A DNA stretch of 63,517 bases, filler included, from Octopus bimaculoides (Eukaryota), in assembly GCF_001194135.2 (NCBI RefSeq). It is 9 parts of 9 records of this genome, joined end to end, with 100 filler letters (N's around TTAATTAATTAA, not from the genome) between each part and the next. Parts side by side here need not be neighbours in the genome. Positions count along the whole stretch, not along the records: positions 25,549 to 31,734 come from NC_068981.1; positions 31,835 to 38,323 come from NC_068986.1; positions 38,424 to 49,802 come from NC_069000.1; 6 more parts are not named here. One strand, given 5' to 3'. Shown one piece after another: positions 26,130 through 39,493 of the stretch; position 1 is the stretch's first letter; each line of letters opens with the position of its first letter. Position numbers and translations under genes: made by a program. The notes under the pieces are model-generated. The model did no database searches. It saw only the letters and a program-made list of their open reading frames with translations, and had not been told where the DNA came from.

Positions 26130-26340
26130 GTTTGTGTGTGTGTTTGTCCCCCAACATCGCTTGACAACCGATGCTGGTGTGTTTACGTCCCCGTAACTTA
26201 GCGGTTCGGCAAAAGAGGTCTACACAATAAGTACTAGGCTTACAAAAAATAAGTCCTCGGGTCGATTTGCTCGACTAAAAGCGGTGCTCCAGTATGGCTG
26301 CAGTCAAATGACTGAAGCAAGTAAAAGAATAAAAGAAAAG
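26130..26340. mobile_element. Family A short interspersed repeat, most complete copy
   Basis: GTCCCCCAACATCGCTTGACAACCGATGCTGGTGTGTTTACGTCCCCGTAACTTAGCGGTTCGG...GCAGTCAAATGACTGAAGCAAGTAAAAGAATA. Confidence 0.85.
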
Positions 26341-29300
26341 AATATATTGGATATACAAATTTATTATTTACACGCACACTTATTTACTTATACATACACA
26401 TACATGTAGTCATGAATGTATATTTAAACATATACATATATACTTATAAATATATTTGTGAGTATTCGTATATATGTTTATATATATATTTATATACTTT
26501 TTTGCATTTGTTCTTCATTTTATATCTATATACATATATATATATATGTATATATATATGTGGATATGTTTGTGTATATCTAACACTCTCTCTCTCTCTA
26601 TATATATATATGTATGTGCATAAATATATTCACATATATAGATATAATTATAGAAATGTAAAAATGATAGCCTTGTTAATGTAAGCGTCTCAGTTGAAAG
26701 CACATTAGTAGTAATACGAGAATACAAGGAATATCATCATGATCATCATTGTCCCCACCACCACCACCACCATGATCATCATCGCCATCACCATCATCAT
26801 CCCTTTTCTTTCTTCTTTCTTTTCTTCTAGTTATTCTTTTTTTTCTTCAGTGCATTCGGTAATACAGTAGAGTGCCTTGCGATATTTAATTACGTGGCTT
26901 CTTGTTCATAGTTCACATGATGCTTCGATTGAGTTTGCCTTTGACCTCGTCGTATTATTGTTGTTGCTGTTATTGTTGTTGGTTTTGTTGTGGCTGTTGT
27001 TGTTTTTGTTGCCACATGCTAACTCTGTTTCAGTAGACACATGATCAAAAGCATCCCAGTTGTGACAATCTGATATCTTATTTTCAAATACAGTGATTCT
27101 ACGACCACATTATACAACAAGCTTCCTTTTTTCAAGTCGTTGGGTGGTCATTATAATGTGCTGAAGAATGGTCTGATATTTGTAGCAAATCTAGCTTTTA
27201 CTTAGAATTATTCACGTTTGTTTTTATGAAAGTTTCTGAGATTAATGTTTCGAACTCGGCACCATTCTAGCACTTAGTTTTAACGATTTGCCTATATACG
27301 TCACTAAGTATGTATATTCTTAGAAGCTTTAGGCAGAGTAGATTAGAGATAAACTCTCCAGGCATGGTGCTATTGTCAGCAGAATAGATTCGATATGAAC
27401 AGCGATCTCTGAAACTTCTCTCCACATTCTCTTTCATTTAACAAACATTGGAATCAATAAAAAAGATGAGTTTATAAAAGGGGGTGAAGAACACGAGTGT
27501 AAAAGTCAGTACCACAAAGAAATTTAGTAACAATTTCAGCAACACCAAGAATTGTATAGTGCAGTACAAGCAGTTCATTATTGGTTCCGGTCGACTTGAA
27601 TGGTTTCTCATACTTATACTAGGATAGTGTGGCAGTCGGTGATATAAAAGCGGCCATGTAAAAGTCTCACGAACTAGTTAAAAAAACATCTATTGTCAGT
27701 TGTCTATTGTCTTCAATTTCCACTTACACCAGTACGGAGTTGGATAAAATACATCTTGTCTTCTAGCTCATTCTTATATGAAATTTTGTTAGGCTAGCGG
27801 ATATGGATTAGCACAAGATGCCCATAATTTCGGCTGGCTGGCTATTGAGAGCAAAAGTTCATGATCTGAGAGATCAACTTACATAATATAAATAAGATAT
27901 GGATGTGGTTATAAAAAGCTAAATCATTTGTTTTTGAAATCGAAAGCTTACATCGACAGGATTGACGAGATGGGTAGGAATTATTAATCATCGGTAACAA
28001 TTCTCACTTAAAAGAAATATTAGAGTAAAATCGACATCTCTTAATAAAAGAGAAACGATTAAATAAATATAGATTAGGATGGTATTAACATATAAAAAAT
28101 ATGGTAAACAAAGCATCGACATGTTAATGGCGAAAATCTACTCGAGCATTTCTTTGACGTGAAAGTCTACATTATCTAGCTTAAGGTAGGTGTCTTGGAG
28201 ACGATGGAATGAAACATTCTATGGGCTCGAGACAAGTGGTGTGACATTGCAACCAAGTCACAATTCACTCAGATTACAATGTGCACTTGATATTTGGATT
28301 CCAGGAAGACGTGGATTGTTTTCAGCAATTACAAGAAGCTGTTATACTGGTTACGGTCAAGTGTTAATGTTCTACATGACAAGCAGCTGTAACTCTTCGT
28401 AGAAGAGGTGGAATGCCACGAAAAGCAGATAATAGCAGCCATGTTATATGAGACACTGAGTAAAGCATGTACATTAGAAAATAGCCGATTTGTAAAGTCT
28501 CTCTTTTGATTTTTCTTTCATGTTACGGTATTGACAGGCAACTATCACAACTGACCTCCGACTGAATGAATTACAGTTGCATAAGAGCACGATAAATCTC
28601 GTGAATGGTGGATAATAAATTTGACTTCGGTTTGACTATGATCAATTAAATGTCACTCAAGTTTTCGACCGCATTTCGACAGTCATTCTTGTGTGGATTC
28701 TGTCTTTATGGCTTAACCATATTTCTTCTGAGTTAATTCATGAAAGATTGAAGGATATTACTTTTATTTTCTACATGCTCTATCCATTTTGTTTACCGCT
28801 TTGAATTCATTGGATTCTTTAGTTCGAAACTATTGTACCTTGCAATAACCAAGTCTCCATTTTTATTGTATCGCTAAATATTTTAAACAGTTTAACAAGT
28901 TTTTATAAATAGCCATTCGTAATAGTTACATGCGTTATATCAAGAGTAGTAGGAAGAAGTTCTAGCCATAATAGAGGCAACAGCTGCCTCAAAAAAGCAT
29001 CCCTTGTTTTTTTTTTTAATAGAATGTAAGAAAAAATGTTAGAATATAAGAAAGTGAAAATGTATTGGAAATATTAATTTGAACGAAAAAATAATAGCAT
29101 GAACAAGAACGATGTCTCTAACAATGACAAAAACATTTACTAATTTTCTATTGTGATTAAGAATTAAATAAACCGATTTCGGCAAGATCAACGAAAATGA
29201 GAAAGTATAGGTGAAGCATGTTACAAAAATTAGTGCCTCTCATCTCAACAAATGAATGAGGAGTTGGGCAATTGTGTCGTGGGATGTTTGCCTCATCAAA

Positions 29301-29649
29301 CAGAGCAGGGCTTTCTATGATGAGGAAAGAGACGAGCAAAACATCGAGAGCTGTTGCACCCAACGCCTTCGCAACAAAACAATTTTTATATTTATTCTTC
29401 CCCAGTCAGATGCAATCGAATAATTAACTGTCAAGCACTGAGTCAGTGTAATACGCCTGTCTGCTGCCTTAATTTGTGTGGTCTTATGAAAATGTGAGAA
29501 AAGTTGATGGATTTTAAGGGAACTGAGACTGGCAGTAGTCGTAGAAACATCGTTGTAGCTACTAAACTAAATCATCGTCATCATTATCATAGTCGTCGTC
29601 GTCGTCATCGTCATCGTCGTCGTCATCGTCATCGTCGTCATCATCATCT

Positions 29650-29681
<32 letters not shown>

Positions 29682-29723
29682 ATCACTACAGATATCATCA
29701 ACCTCATCAACATAATCAACATT

Positions 29724-30105
29724 GGCGAACTGGCAAAATCGTTACCACGTCGGGCGAAATGCTTTGCGGCATTTCATCCGTTTTTACGTTCTGAGTTCAA
29801 ATCCCACCGGGGTCGACTTTGACTTTCATCCTTTCGGGGTCGACTTTGTCGTTCATCCTTTCGGGGTCGACTTTGCCTTTCATCCTTTCGGGGTCGACTT
29901 TGCCTTTCATCCTTTCGGAGTCGACTTTACCTTTCATTCTTTCGGGATCGACTTTGCCTTACCTCCTTTCGGGATCGACTTTGCCTGTCATCTTTCTCAG
30001 GAAGATAAAATAAGTAGCAGTTGAGCCTTGGGGTCGATGTAATCGACTAGTCCTCTCCCTCTAAATTTCAGTCCTTGTGCTTATAACAGAAAGGATTATT
30101 ATTAG
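29724..30105 (+). mobile_element. tRNA-derived SINE family C with internal 27-bp tandem amplification
   Basis: GGCGAACTGGCAAAATCGTTA head, GAGTTCAAATCCC B-box-like motif, seven 27-bp units, then GATAAAATAAGTAG..GGGGTCGATGTAATCGAC tail. Confidence 0.85.
29809..29997 (+). repeat. Tandem repeat, 7 x 27 bp (GGGGTCGACTTTGCCTTTCATCCTTTC)
   Basis: Counted directly; head-to-tail with no spacers; divergence rises toward the 3' units. Confidence 0.95.
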
Positions 30106-30204
30106 GAATAGTGGCCGCAGCATTAATAGTATTCAAATCGTTTACTGTTCCTGTTAATATTCCTTTTCCTGTAGCCCCTTTTTGTGCGTGTTTGTGTGTT
30201 TTAT

Positions 30205-30287
<83 letters not shown>

Positions 30288-30337
30288 GCATGCATACATA
30301 CAGACAGACAAACAGGCAGACAGACAGATAGATAGAT

Positions 30338-30380
<43 letters not shown>

Positions 30381-30391
30381 GAGAGAGACAG

Positions 30392-30422
<31 letters not shown>

Positions 30423-32650
30423 GAGCGAGAGAGAGACAGACAGACAGAGAGAGACAGAGACAGATGGATAGATATACACATGCATATATACTGCTACACA
30501 TATATGTGTATATGTATAAATACATTCATACATACATACATACATATATACATACACACACACACACATATGCATGAATACACATTATACACCTATATGT
30601 ATAAGAACACACAAACACAGATCAGTAGAAAGTAATTATCTGAAAGGAATCGTTTCATTGTAATTGATATCCGAAGTGTTGGATATGGTGTATGTGTTTC
30701 TGTTTCAGTGTCTATATACTTTCCACTTTCGCTTTTCGTTGTTGTTGTTGTCCTTCTTGTTATTGTTGCTGTTTATTTTGTTGTCACTTTTCTAGTTATT
30801 TTGTTTGTTTCTTCTCTCCGTTCTTGGAAACTTTGCACATGTTACAATGCGTATCAGTTACCTATGAAAGTACCCGGATTGATTGATCTTCATTTGAGCA
30901 CCGCTGTCTCTGGATAGGAAACGGTATTGGTATCAATTTTATTGAGAATATATCCCATGAGAGGAGAAAAACGATTGTGATAGAGAAAACAAAACAAAAC
31001 AAAAAAAAAAAGAAAGAAAAACCACACACATAACAGAGGGATAAGGGCATTAACGAAAGAAAGCGTGAAAGAGATATCTGCAGCCAGAGAATGAAAATGA
31101 AGTGAAAGAGAGCATGAGTGAACAAGAAATGAGTGAGAGGAAAGAATTTTAATATTCCACGAGAGTGAAAAGTAGCGAAACAATTTATTTTTTTACGTCA
31201 CGATACGCTATTGAATAAAACTACATGGGTAAGCTATTAATTTTTTGTTTCGTTCTGTCTTGAACGGCTTTTTCAACCAGTTCTTTATGTTCTCTATAAT
31301 CGTCTTTTACTTGAAGATTTTTTTTTTTCGTTTTTATCAAGCCACTGTGGCGCCAGTTAGTTTTCCTTTCATTTTTCTTTCGTTTTTTTTTGTCTATGTT
31401 GATTAAGTATTTAGATTGTCTTGTCAGGTTTCGAACTGGGAACCCTACAATACAAAACTAATAACTATTAACTATGGTTGTTCTTTCACTGAGTTGCTGC
31501 TGGTACGTATACAATCACAAGTATATATACAAATGTACGTAAGTACATACGTACATACATACATACATACATACATACATACATACATACATACACACAC
31601 ATACATATACATATACACATAAATGTTTTTATATGTATATATATATATATATGTATGTATGAATGCATGTACGTACCTACGTACCTACGTATGTGTGGTA
31701 TGTATGTATGCATGTATGTATGTATGTATATATANNNNNNNNNNNNNNNNNNNNNNNNNNNNNNNNNNNNNNNNNNNNTTAATTAATTAANNNNNNNNNN
31801 NNNNNNNNNNNNNNNNNNNNNNNNNNNNNNNNNNGAAAAGGAGGGGAGGAAGTAGAATAAAAGTGAGCAACGAGAGGTAGAGAGAGAGAGAGAGAGAGAG
31901 AGATAGTAGTAGTAACGGTGAGAGGCGAAGGTCGAGTAACAAGAGATAGAGAGATAGAGAGAGAGAGAGAAGTAGTGACAGGTAGAAGCGAAGAATTGTA
32001 GAGGGAAGAATGAGAGGGGGAAACAGAAATAGAGTCGCGTTAGAAAAATAGTTAAAACTTACTGTATAAAGGTAACGCGTGCGTTCTGTCGTGATACAAA
32101 CAATATATTAGTATATGCATATATATGTACATGTATGTATATACGTTCATCTGCATGTACATATAGATACATAACTGGGTACATGACGTGGCAAAAGAAC
32201 AAGGGCAAAATGGTAAACAAAGTAGATAGATATATAGTTGTGTGTGTGTGTTCTGTGTTTGTTTCCCACTACCGCCTGAGAATCAGTATTGGTATGTTTA
32301 CGTCCGTATAACGTAGAGTTCAGTAAAAGAGACCGGTAGAACAAGTACTAAGCTTAAATGAAGAAGCAGTAGGATCCATTCTTTCGATTAGATTCTGTAA
32401 GGCAGGGCGTGAATGGATTGTATAATGAATTCAATGGCCCGTGGTTAACACTTAGTGCCCCAGTTTGAATCTTCTTGAGGACTGAGGGTTAAATGAGTTG
32501 GTAGTCCATTTGATGAAACAGCTGGATCCATTTAGTGTGCATGTACGCGTGCACATGCCTGGGTTTAATGCTTAAATATATATATATGTATGTATGTGAG
32601 TGTGTGCGTATGTGTGTGTGTGCGTGTGTGTGTGTGTATGTGTGTATTTG

Positions 32651-32716
<66 letters not shown>

Positions 32717-33129
32717 CATACATATATTTTCTTTCTTTTATTCTTTCATTTGTTTCAGTCATTTTGACGGCGGCCATGCTGGAGTAGCACCTTTAGTCGA
32801 GAAAATCAATCTCAGGAATTATTCCTTGTAAGCCTAGTACTTATTCTATGTATATATAATGGTTATGTCAAGATATTTTTTTTTTGTATTCTTCTTCCCA
32901 CTTAGATTGTTTCAATGTTGTTTAAGTGTTGTCACAACAGAAATATGTCCATTCTGCTGAAATGAAATTTCAGTAAATTTTCTGTATCCTTGTGCAGCTG
33001 AAGATTGCTCTGCATTTTACATTTAATGTAATGGTCGGATTACTTAAATAAATAGAGCTGTATGAAACGTGCGTACTGCAATAAACTTGAAAATCCGTGT
33101 TGCTTTTTTGATTTATACATACATACATG

Positions 33130-33175
<46 letters not shown>

Positions 33176-33412
33176 NNNNNNNNNNNNNNNNNNNNNNNNN
33201 NNNNNNNNNNNNNNNNNNNNNNNNNNNNNNNNNNNNNNNNNNNNNNNNNNNNNNNNNNNNNNNNNNNNNNNNNNNNNNNNNNNNNNNNNNNNNNNNNNNN
33301 NNNNNNNNNNNNNNNNNNNNNNNNNNNNNNNNNNNNNNNNNNNNTATATATATATATATATATATCTGTAAATATCTGTAAATATAATATATGACAATTA
33401 TTCGGTAGCCTT

Positions 33413-33473
33413 GATAAAACTCCAAGTTTCGGATGTCGGGGCGGAAACCTACCACGGCATCTCTTCAGTTATC
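33413..33473 (-). ncRNA. Type I hammerhead-like motif, left arm of foldback
   Basis: Minus strand GATAA-CTGAAGA-GATG(22 nt)CATC-C-GAAA-CTT(G)GAG-TT-TTATC. Confidence 0.55.
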
Positions 33474-33944
33474 GGGCCATCGAAAAAATGCTATGAAAAT
33501 GACCGTTAAAACAAAGGGAAATTACTGTGTGATTGACCGTTATTAAGACAAAAGATCTATTAGTATGACCGCTAAGTAAGGGGAGGGAGTAAAGGTAAGA
33601 GAGTAAAAATATTTTCATAGTAATCGCTTAAGCACGCATGTCCATACATACACATGCGCGCCCGCACACCCACGTACATGCGCGCCCGCACACCCACGTA
33701 CATGCGCCAAAATGTATATACTCATCCACCATCACTTGAAACACACACGGGTGTGCGGGCGCGCATGTGTATGTATGGACATGCGTGCTTATACGATTAC
33801 TATGAATATTTTTACTCCCTTACTTTTACTCCCTCCCCTTACTTAGCGGTCATACTAATAGATCTTTTGTCTTAAAAACGGTCAATCACACAGTAATTTC
33901 CCTCTGTTTTAACGGTCATTTTCATAGCATTCTTTCGATGGCCC

Positions 33945-34005
33945 GATAACTGAAGAGATGCCGGCGTGGTTTTCTGCCCCGACATCCGAAACTCGGAGTT
34001 TTATC
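33945..34005 (+). ncRNA. Type I hammerhead-like motif, right arm of foldback
   Basis: GATAA-CTGAAGA-GATG(22 nt)CATC-C-GAAA-CTC(G)GAG-TT-TTATC; stem I GATAA/TTATC; one extra C before GAAA. Confidence 0.6.
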
Positions 34006-34107
34006 ATGGCTACCGAATAATTGTCATATATTATATTTACAGATAAATTTCTCTACTTACATAATATCGAGGTCTCTCATTCTTTTGATGTTTTGCCATT
34101 TCTATCA

Positions 34108-34168
<61 letters not shown>

Positions 34169-34843
34169 NNNNNNNNNNNNNNNNNNNNNNNNNNNNNNNN
34201 NNNNNNNNNNNNNNNNNNNNNNNNNNNNNNNNNNNNNNNNNNNNNNNNNNNNNNNNNNNNNNNNNNNNNNNNNNNNNNNNNNNNNNNNNNNNNNNNNNNN
34301 NNNNNNNNNNNNNNNNNNNNNNNNNNNNNNNNNNNNNNNNNNNNNNNNNNNNNNNNNNNNNNNNNNNNNNNNNNNNNNNNNNNNNNNNNNNNNNNNNNNN
34401 NNNNNNNNNNNNNNNNNNNNNNNNNNNNNNNNNNNNNNNNNNNNNNNNNNNNNNNNNNNNNNNNNNNNNNNNNNNNNNNNNNNNNNNNNNNNNNNNNNNN
34501 NNNNNNNNNNNNNNNNNNNNNNNNNNNNNNNNNNNNNNNNNNNNNNNNNNNNNNNNNNNNNNNNNNNNNNNNNNNNNNNNNNNNNNNNNNNNNNNNNNNN
34601 NNNNNNNNNNNNNNNNNNNNNNNNNNNNNNNNNNNNNNNNNNNNNNNNNNNNNNNNNNNNNNNNNNNNNNNNNNNNNNNNNNNNNNNNNNNNNNNNNNNN
34701 NNNNNNNNNNNNNNNNNNNNNNNNNNNNNNNNNNNNNNNNNNNNNNNNNNNNNNNNNNNNNNNNNNNNNNNNNNNNNNNNNNNNNNNNNNNNNNNNNNNN
34801 NNNNNNNNNNNNNNNNNNNNNNNNNNNNNNNNNNNNNNNNNNN

Positions 34844-34894
<51 letters not shown>

Positions 34895-34905
34895 TGTATA
34901 TGTAT

Positions 34906-34980
<75 letters not shown>

Positions 34981-37166
34981 CATATATATACGTTTACCTG
35001 CAGAGAAAACGCTAAGTTAACTTGAGCGAAAAGTTTGATGACTAGAAGACAGACACGAAAGGGTTCGCGGTTGAAGTAGATATGTTCAGGTAGGTAATAA
35101 ACAACAAAGATAACGTAAACTACAGCGACAAAAAGACATCAGTATCTGTACAATAACATCAACAGCAAACAACACCGCAATAACCACCACCATCACCATC
35201 ATCAACATCAACACCAAAAAATAGTAAAAGTATCAACAAATGCCGATGCTCTTTGAATAATTTACAACTGCAGGACAGCAACATTTAAGGACGTGATACG
35301 CTTGCCCCACCTTTGGGGAAAAAGAAGCCTATTTATTTATTCATTTACTATAATGACCCGATTAAAAGTACGCTATCCGTCAAAGATAACTTACTAGATC
35401 GACCAGTGTCCAGAGAAAGCTGTCACTTCCACTTCAAAACTTGTTGACATATATTCTCCACCGCATCTCTCCTCGAATGCTTGGCGTAATGTCAAATATG
35501 GTTGCGTAAAAAATTGATAACTCCAAACTGTTTGAGGAGACACCGAGATGAAGTGTTTTGTAATTTAAATTCCATGGAGACACATTCGAACATGTTGGGA
35601 AAAAACACTTAAAAAATAACTGTACGAACATTCTCACTGCTCACACACTCTCACATATATATAGGCACGTAAAAACGCACTCTCGCATACACTTATGCAT
35701 AACAGTTAAACTTAGAATTTCTAAATTATCCGCCACCGAAACCGTTTTCAGCAGTAACACTGACTTTTATAACTCAGCTTTAGATAAAGCAGGATGTAAA
35801 CTACAGATTAAATATTATAACCACCTTGGCCCCATCTATACTAATAACAATAACAGTAGTAATAATAATAATAACAGTAATGGATACAAGAAAAAGAACA
35901 GTACTTATCTTGATCCTACCATTAATATTCCAAATAATGCCCACTTCCATCTAAATAACCATTCTCCTTACCATCGTAATCCTAAAAATAATCAGTCAAA
36001 TGGAAGTAACCATGCTTCCTCTTCCTTTTTAAGCTACAATAATAGCACTAGGTTTTTTCATAATAAATCTCGCAATCACACAACCCTAATAAAAATATTT
36101 GGTCGATTATTCCATACGATAAACAAGTAAAAAGTAACCTTCCCCTATTATTTCGTCAAGTTATAGAAAGAAACTTCCCTATTAATTCAAGGAACCATTC
36201 GATTTTCAAACAAATACTTTCATCGAGTAGTACCCGTATTGTTTATTGACTAGCTTTTTATCATGTCTTTTTGATTAATACATGCAATTCCCCCTCTACA
36301 ATATTTTGGTTATGTACATTTGCATGTACGCAATCGTTCCTATTAAAAACATATTTATCTATGAACATTCTTTCAAATACTCTTTATATATTCATATCAT
36401 TTATATATTTCATATTTAGCCACTTTTTATTTCGATTATCTTTTTACCGTTTCTGTGTGTTCGGGCTCTGTTATTTTAATCTAATTTCCCTTTCTATTAA
36501 TTCCTAATTAGCAGCCACCCTTCCCCTTAACTTCAAGTTATAAAACACAAAATGACGCTCTATCACACATATGCACATATACGCGCAGATACGTATCTCA
36601 GATTCAGGCTATATGTTTTCCCTCTATTTTCTCATTTCCTTCTTGTCAGCATTATGCTTTCTCTGTTAAACTCTCCCATAGCTACAACTTTCCCTCTCCC
36701 TTTTGGTTACCTTATTTTCAATTAATTATTTCTTATATTTCTTTTCTGTGATACACATTTTAATTGTAATTTTTAATTCTTATTTTTATTTAAATTCTGT
36801 TTTAATCAGTTGAATCAATATATTTCTGACAAGCTCATTCTCATTTTGTGTATTTTTTATGCTCGTTTCCACGAATTTTCCCTATTCAATATTTAATTTT
36901 TACTTGACTCACTGTAATGCTTACACAATTCTCCGTTACGGTCAATCGCTTTCATCCAATAAATTCTCGTTATTTGGAAAATTATTTGCCCAGTCAGCTT
37001 TAAATGTTTATTTGATGTGGTGGTAATCACGATGAGTTGGTAATCATGAAAATTTATAAATACTTATAAACTATTGCAGTGTTCTAAATGCGCACAACTG
37101 TCTGACGATCGGTTAAGGGAAACTCTGAGTAACAGTCTGTAAAATCCTTTCATCTTTAATAGAATG

Positions 37167-37216
<50 letters not shown>

Positions 37217-38107
37217 GTGTGTGTGTGTGTGTGTGTGTATACGGGGTGGGGAAATGACATTTGAATTATTGAGAGGTTAGAAAAGCTAAACAAGTATTTG
37301 AGTATATGTGTATTTGCACGTATTTGCATTTACTTTAATATGCGTGTGAGTACTTTCATAATTTGGTACCATATTTCAACTACCTAAACGTGAATGATGC
37401 CGAGCTATAATGCATACAGCATGCAATACGCTATGTGTCCCAAAGTCTTCGGACAGGAGGCAGATGCACAAGCTATTCCACTTCTGTGAATTTTTTTTAT
37501 TTCGGGATAGATAAAACTAATATTCATCATACGAAATCTCGTACAATATCCAATGAAACATGAATCTATTTCTTGCCCTGACCGCCATATTTTATTACTG
37601 AAGACGAATGTCGTTAATAGACGATGCTAATTTACAAGCAACTGAAGGGAGTTAATCCATAACTTTTATAGTTTTCATTTCTGTTCACAATTAATGCAGC
37701 TCCAATCGCTTCAAAGTTCGTGCGAAACTTTGGCTAATATTCGTCGACAAATTTATAAGCCCCTGATGGTTTCATCTGCGAATATAAAGAGATGTAACAT
37801 TCATTCAAGCACTCCATATAACCACTTAGATTATAGTTTATGTTTGTGCATCTTTAGAAAAACCATTATTACGTTCAATAACATGACAACAGGTAAGATA
37901 TATGATTCAACATTAACTACACTGTTTATAAGATCTCTGAAGTTAATCTTTGGAAAAGTGTAATAAGTAATATCTCAACTTAGAAGTGGTTACAAGTTTT
38001 TTGAAAGAATATTATTAAATATCATATTAAAAGATCACTAATTCAAAAGCTAAAATCTTAATTTGGTGGTGCTTATATAGTTCTGACATCGAGATGCTGA
38101 CAATCCT

Positions 38108-38210
<103 letters not shown>

Positions 38211-38424
38211 CCTATCCATGTGTCGGTCTGAGACTATAATTTCGTATATGTATTTTGATATCTATTTTCTTAATATTCTCTGCTTCTCGCCTCCTTTTGT
38301 ATGTGTGTATGTATATATATATANNNNNNNNNNNNNNNNNNNNNNNNNNNNNNNNNNNNNNNNNNNNTTAATTAATTAANNNNNNNNNNNNNNNNNNNNN
38401 NNNNNNNNNNNNNNNNNNNNNNNA

Positions 38425-38620
38425 GCTGCCATTTCCATGACACTGGCAACAACTAAGATTCATAGGTGCCACTTACATGGCACCAGCAACAACCACAATT
38501 ACAATGCATGGCTGCCATTTACATGACACTGGCAACAACTAAGATTCATAGGTGCCACTTACATGGCACCAGCAACAACCACAATTACAATGCATGGCTG
38601 CCATTTACATGACACTGGCA
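38425..38620. repeat. Tandem repeat, ~2.3 x 86 bp with ~29-bp internal subrepeats
   Basis: GCTGCCATTT recurs at 38425, 38511 and 38597; subunits gctgccatttacatgacactggcaacaac and ggtgccacttacatggcaccagcaacaac. Confidence 0.92.
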
Positions 38621-38624
38621 TGGC

Positions 38625-39315
38625 CACAACTTGGCTTCATGATTCTTCTCAAGCACAGCATATTGCCAAAAGTCTCGATCACTTGTCATTGCCTCTCTGA
38701 GGCCCAATGTCCAAAGATCATGCTTCACCGCCTCGTCTCATGTCTTCTTGGGTCTACCTCTTCCACAAGTTCCCCCACCCAGTTAGAGATTGGCACTTCT
38801 CTACACAGCTGGCCTCATCTAAACGCATCACATGATCATACCAAAACAGACGTCTCTTGCACACTGCATCTGGTGATTCTTACACCCAGCTTTTCTCTCA
38901 AGATGCTTACGCTCTGTTGTACATGCATACTAACGTTGCACATCCAGTGATGCAGACTAGCTTCATTTCTTTCAAGCCTACGCATGTCCTCGGTGGTCAC
39001 ACCCCATGCTTCACTGCCATGTAGCATAGCTGTTTGCACACAGGCATCATACATTCTGCCTTTCATTCTGAGGGAGAGAACTCTCTGAACTTTGTCCAGC
39101 CTATTCTTAATCTCGCAGCTACACTCTTGGAGCATTCACCTCCACTACTGACTTGGTCACCTAGATAATGGAAGCTATCAACTACTTCTAGCTTACCTGC
39201 CTGGCATTTGATGCAGTCTATTTTCTGTATATTTGTAGTGTTTATTGTACCTGTACACCTTCCACACACAAAATCTATATTCCCTGCTAACCTTTCTTGG
39301 AAAAGTTTGTCAAGG
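38625..39315 (-). mobile_element. RTE-type LINE ORF2 3' fragment in EMC4 intron 4
   Basis: FVCGRC...[35 protein letters not shown] (frameshift) [21 protein letters not shown]...RRLERNEASLHHWMCNVS: typical post-RT region of RTE-like LINEs. Confidence 0.85.
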
Positions 39316-39335
39316 AGTACAAATGTGATACATAC

Positions 39336-39493
39336 CTTTTGTGGTTCAACAAAGGCCAACCAATCAGATGGCTGCGTTGGTAACAAACCCATCACCTGAC
39401 ACTTATACACAGCCAGTGCCAAACAGATGACATTCCCAAAGAAGTAAACTATTTTCTGCAATGGTCCTTGGTAACCTTCAATCAATTTGAATG
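39336..39493 (-). CDS. EMC4: ER membrane protein complex subunit 4, coding exon 4
   Basis: tttatttcag|CA ... AAG|gtatgt; (T)[52 protein letters not shown] matches EMC4 [27 protein letters not shown]; phase 1 in, phase 0 out. Confidence 0.96.

Larger units (their letters stand above)
33373..34045. mobile_element. Foldback element with ~300-bp inverted arms, each carrying a hammerhead-like motif (probable inverted Penelope pseudo-LTR pair)
   Basis: 33373-33671 is the reverse complement of 33749-34045 with few mismatches; hammerhead-like motifs at 33413-33473 (-) and 33945-34005 (+). Confidence 0.75.

Noticed and set aside
29572-29720. His/Arg-rich ORF 29504-29794 (protamine-like) and poly-Gln ORF near 8700
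   Set aside because: Explained by (TCA)n/(TCG)n and (CAA)n microsatellites with no flanking coding signal or splice support.
29809-29997. 27-bp repeat array as a CRISPR
   Set aside because: Head-to-tail units with no unique spacers, inside a SINE, eukaryotic context, no cas genes.
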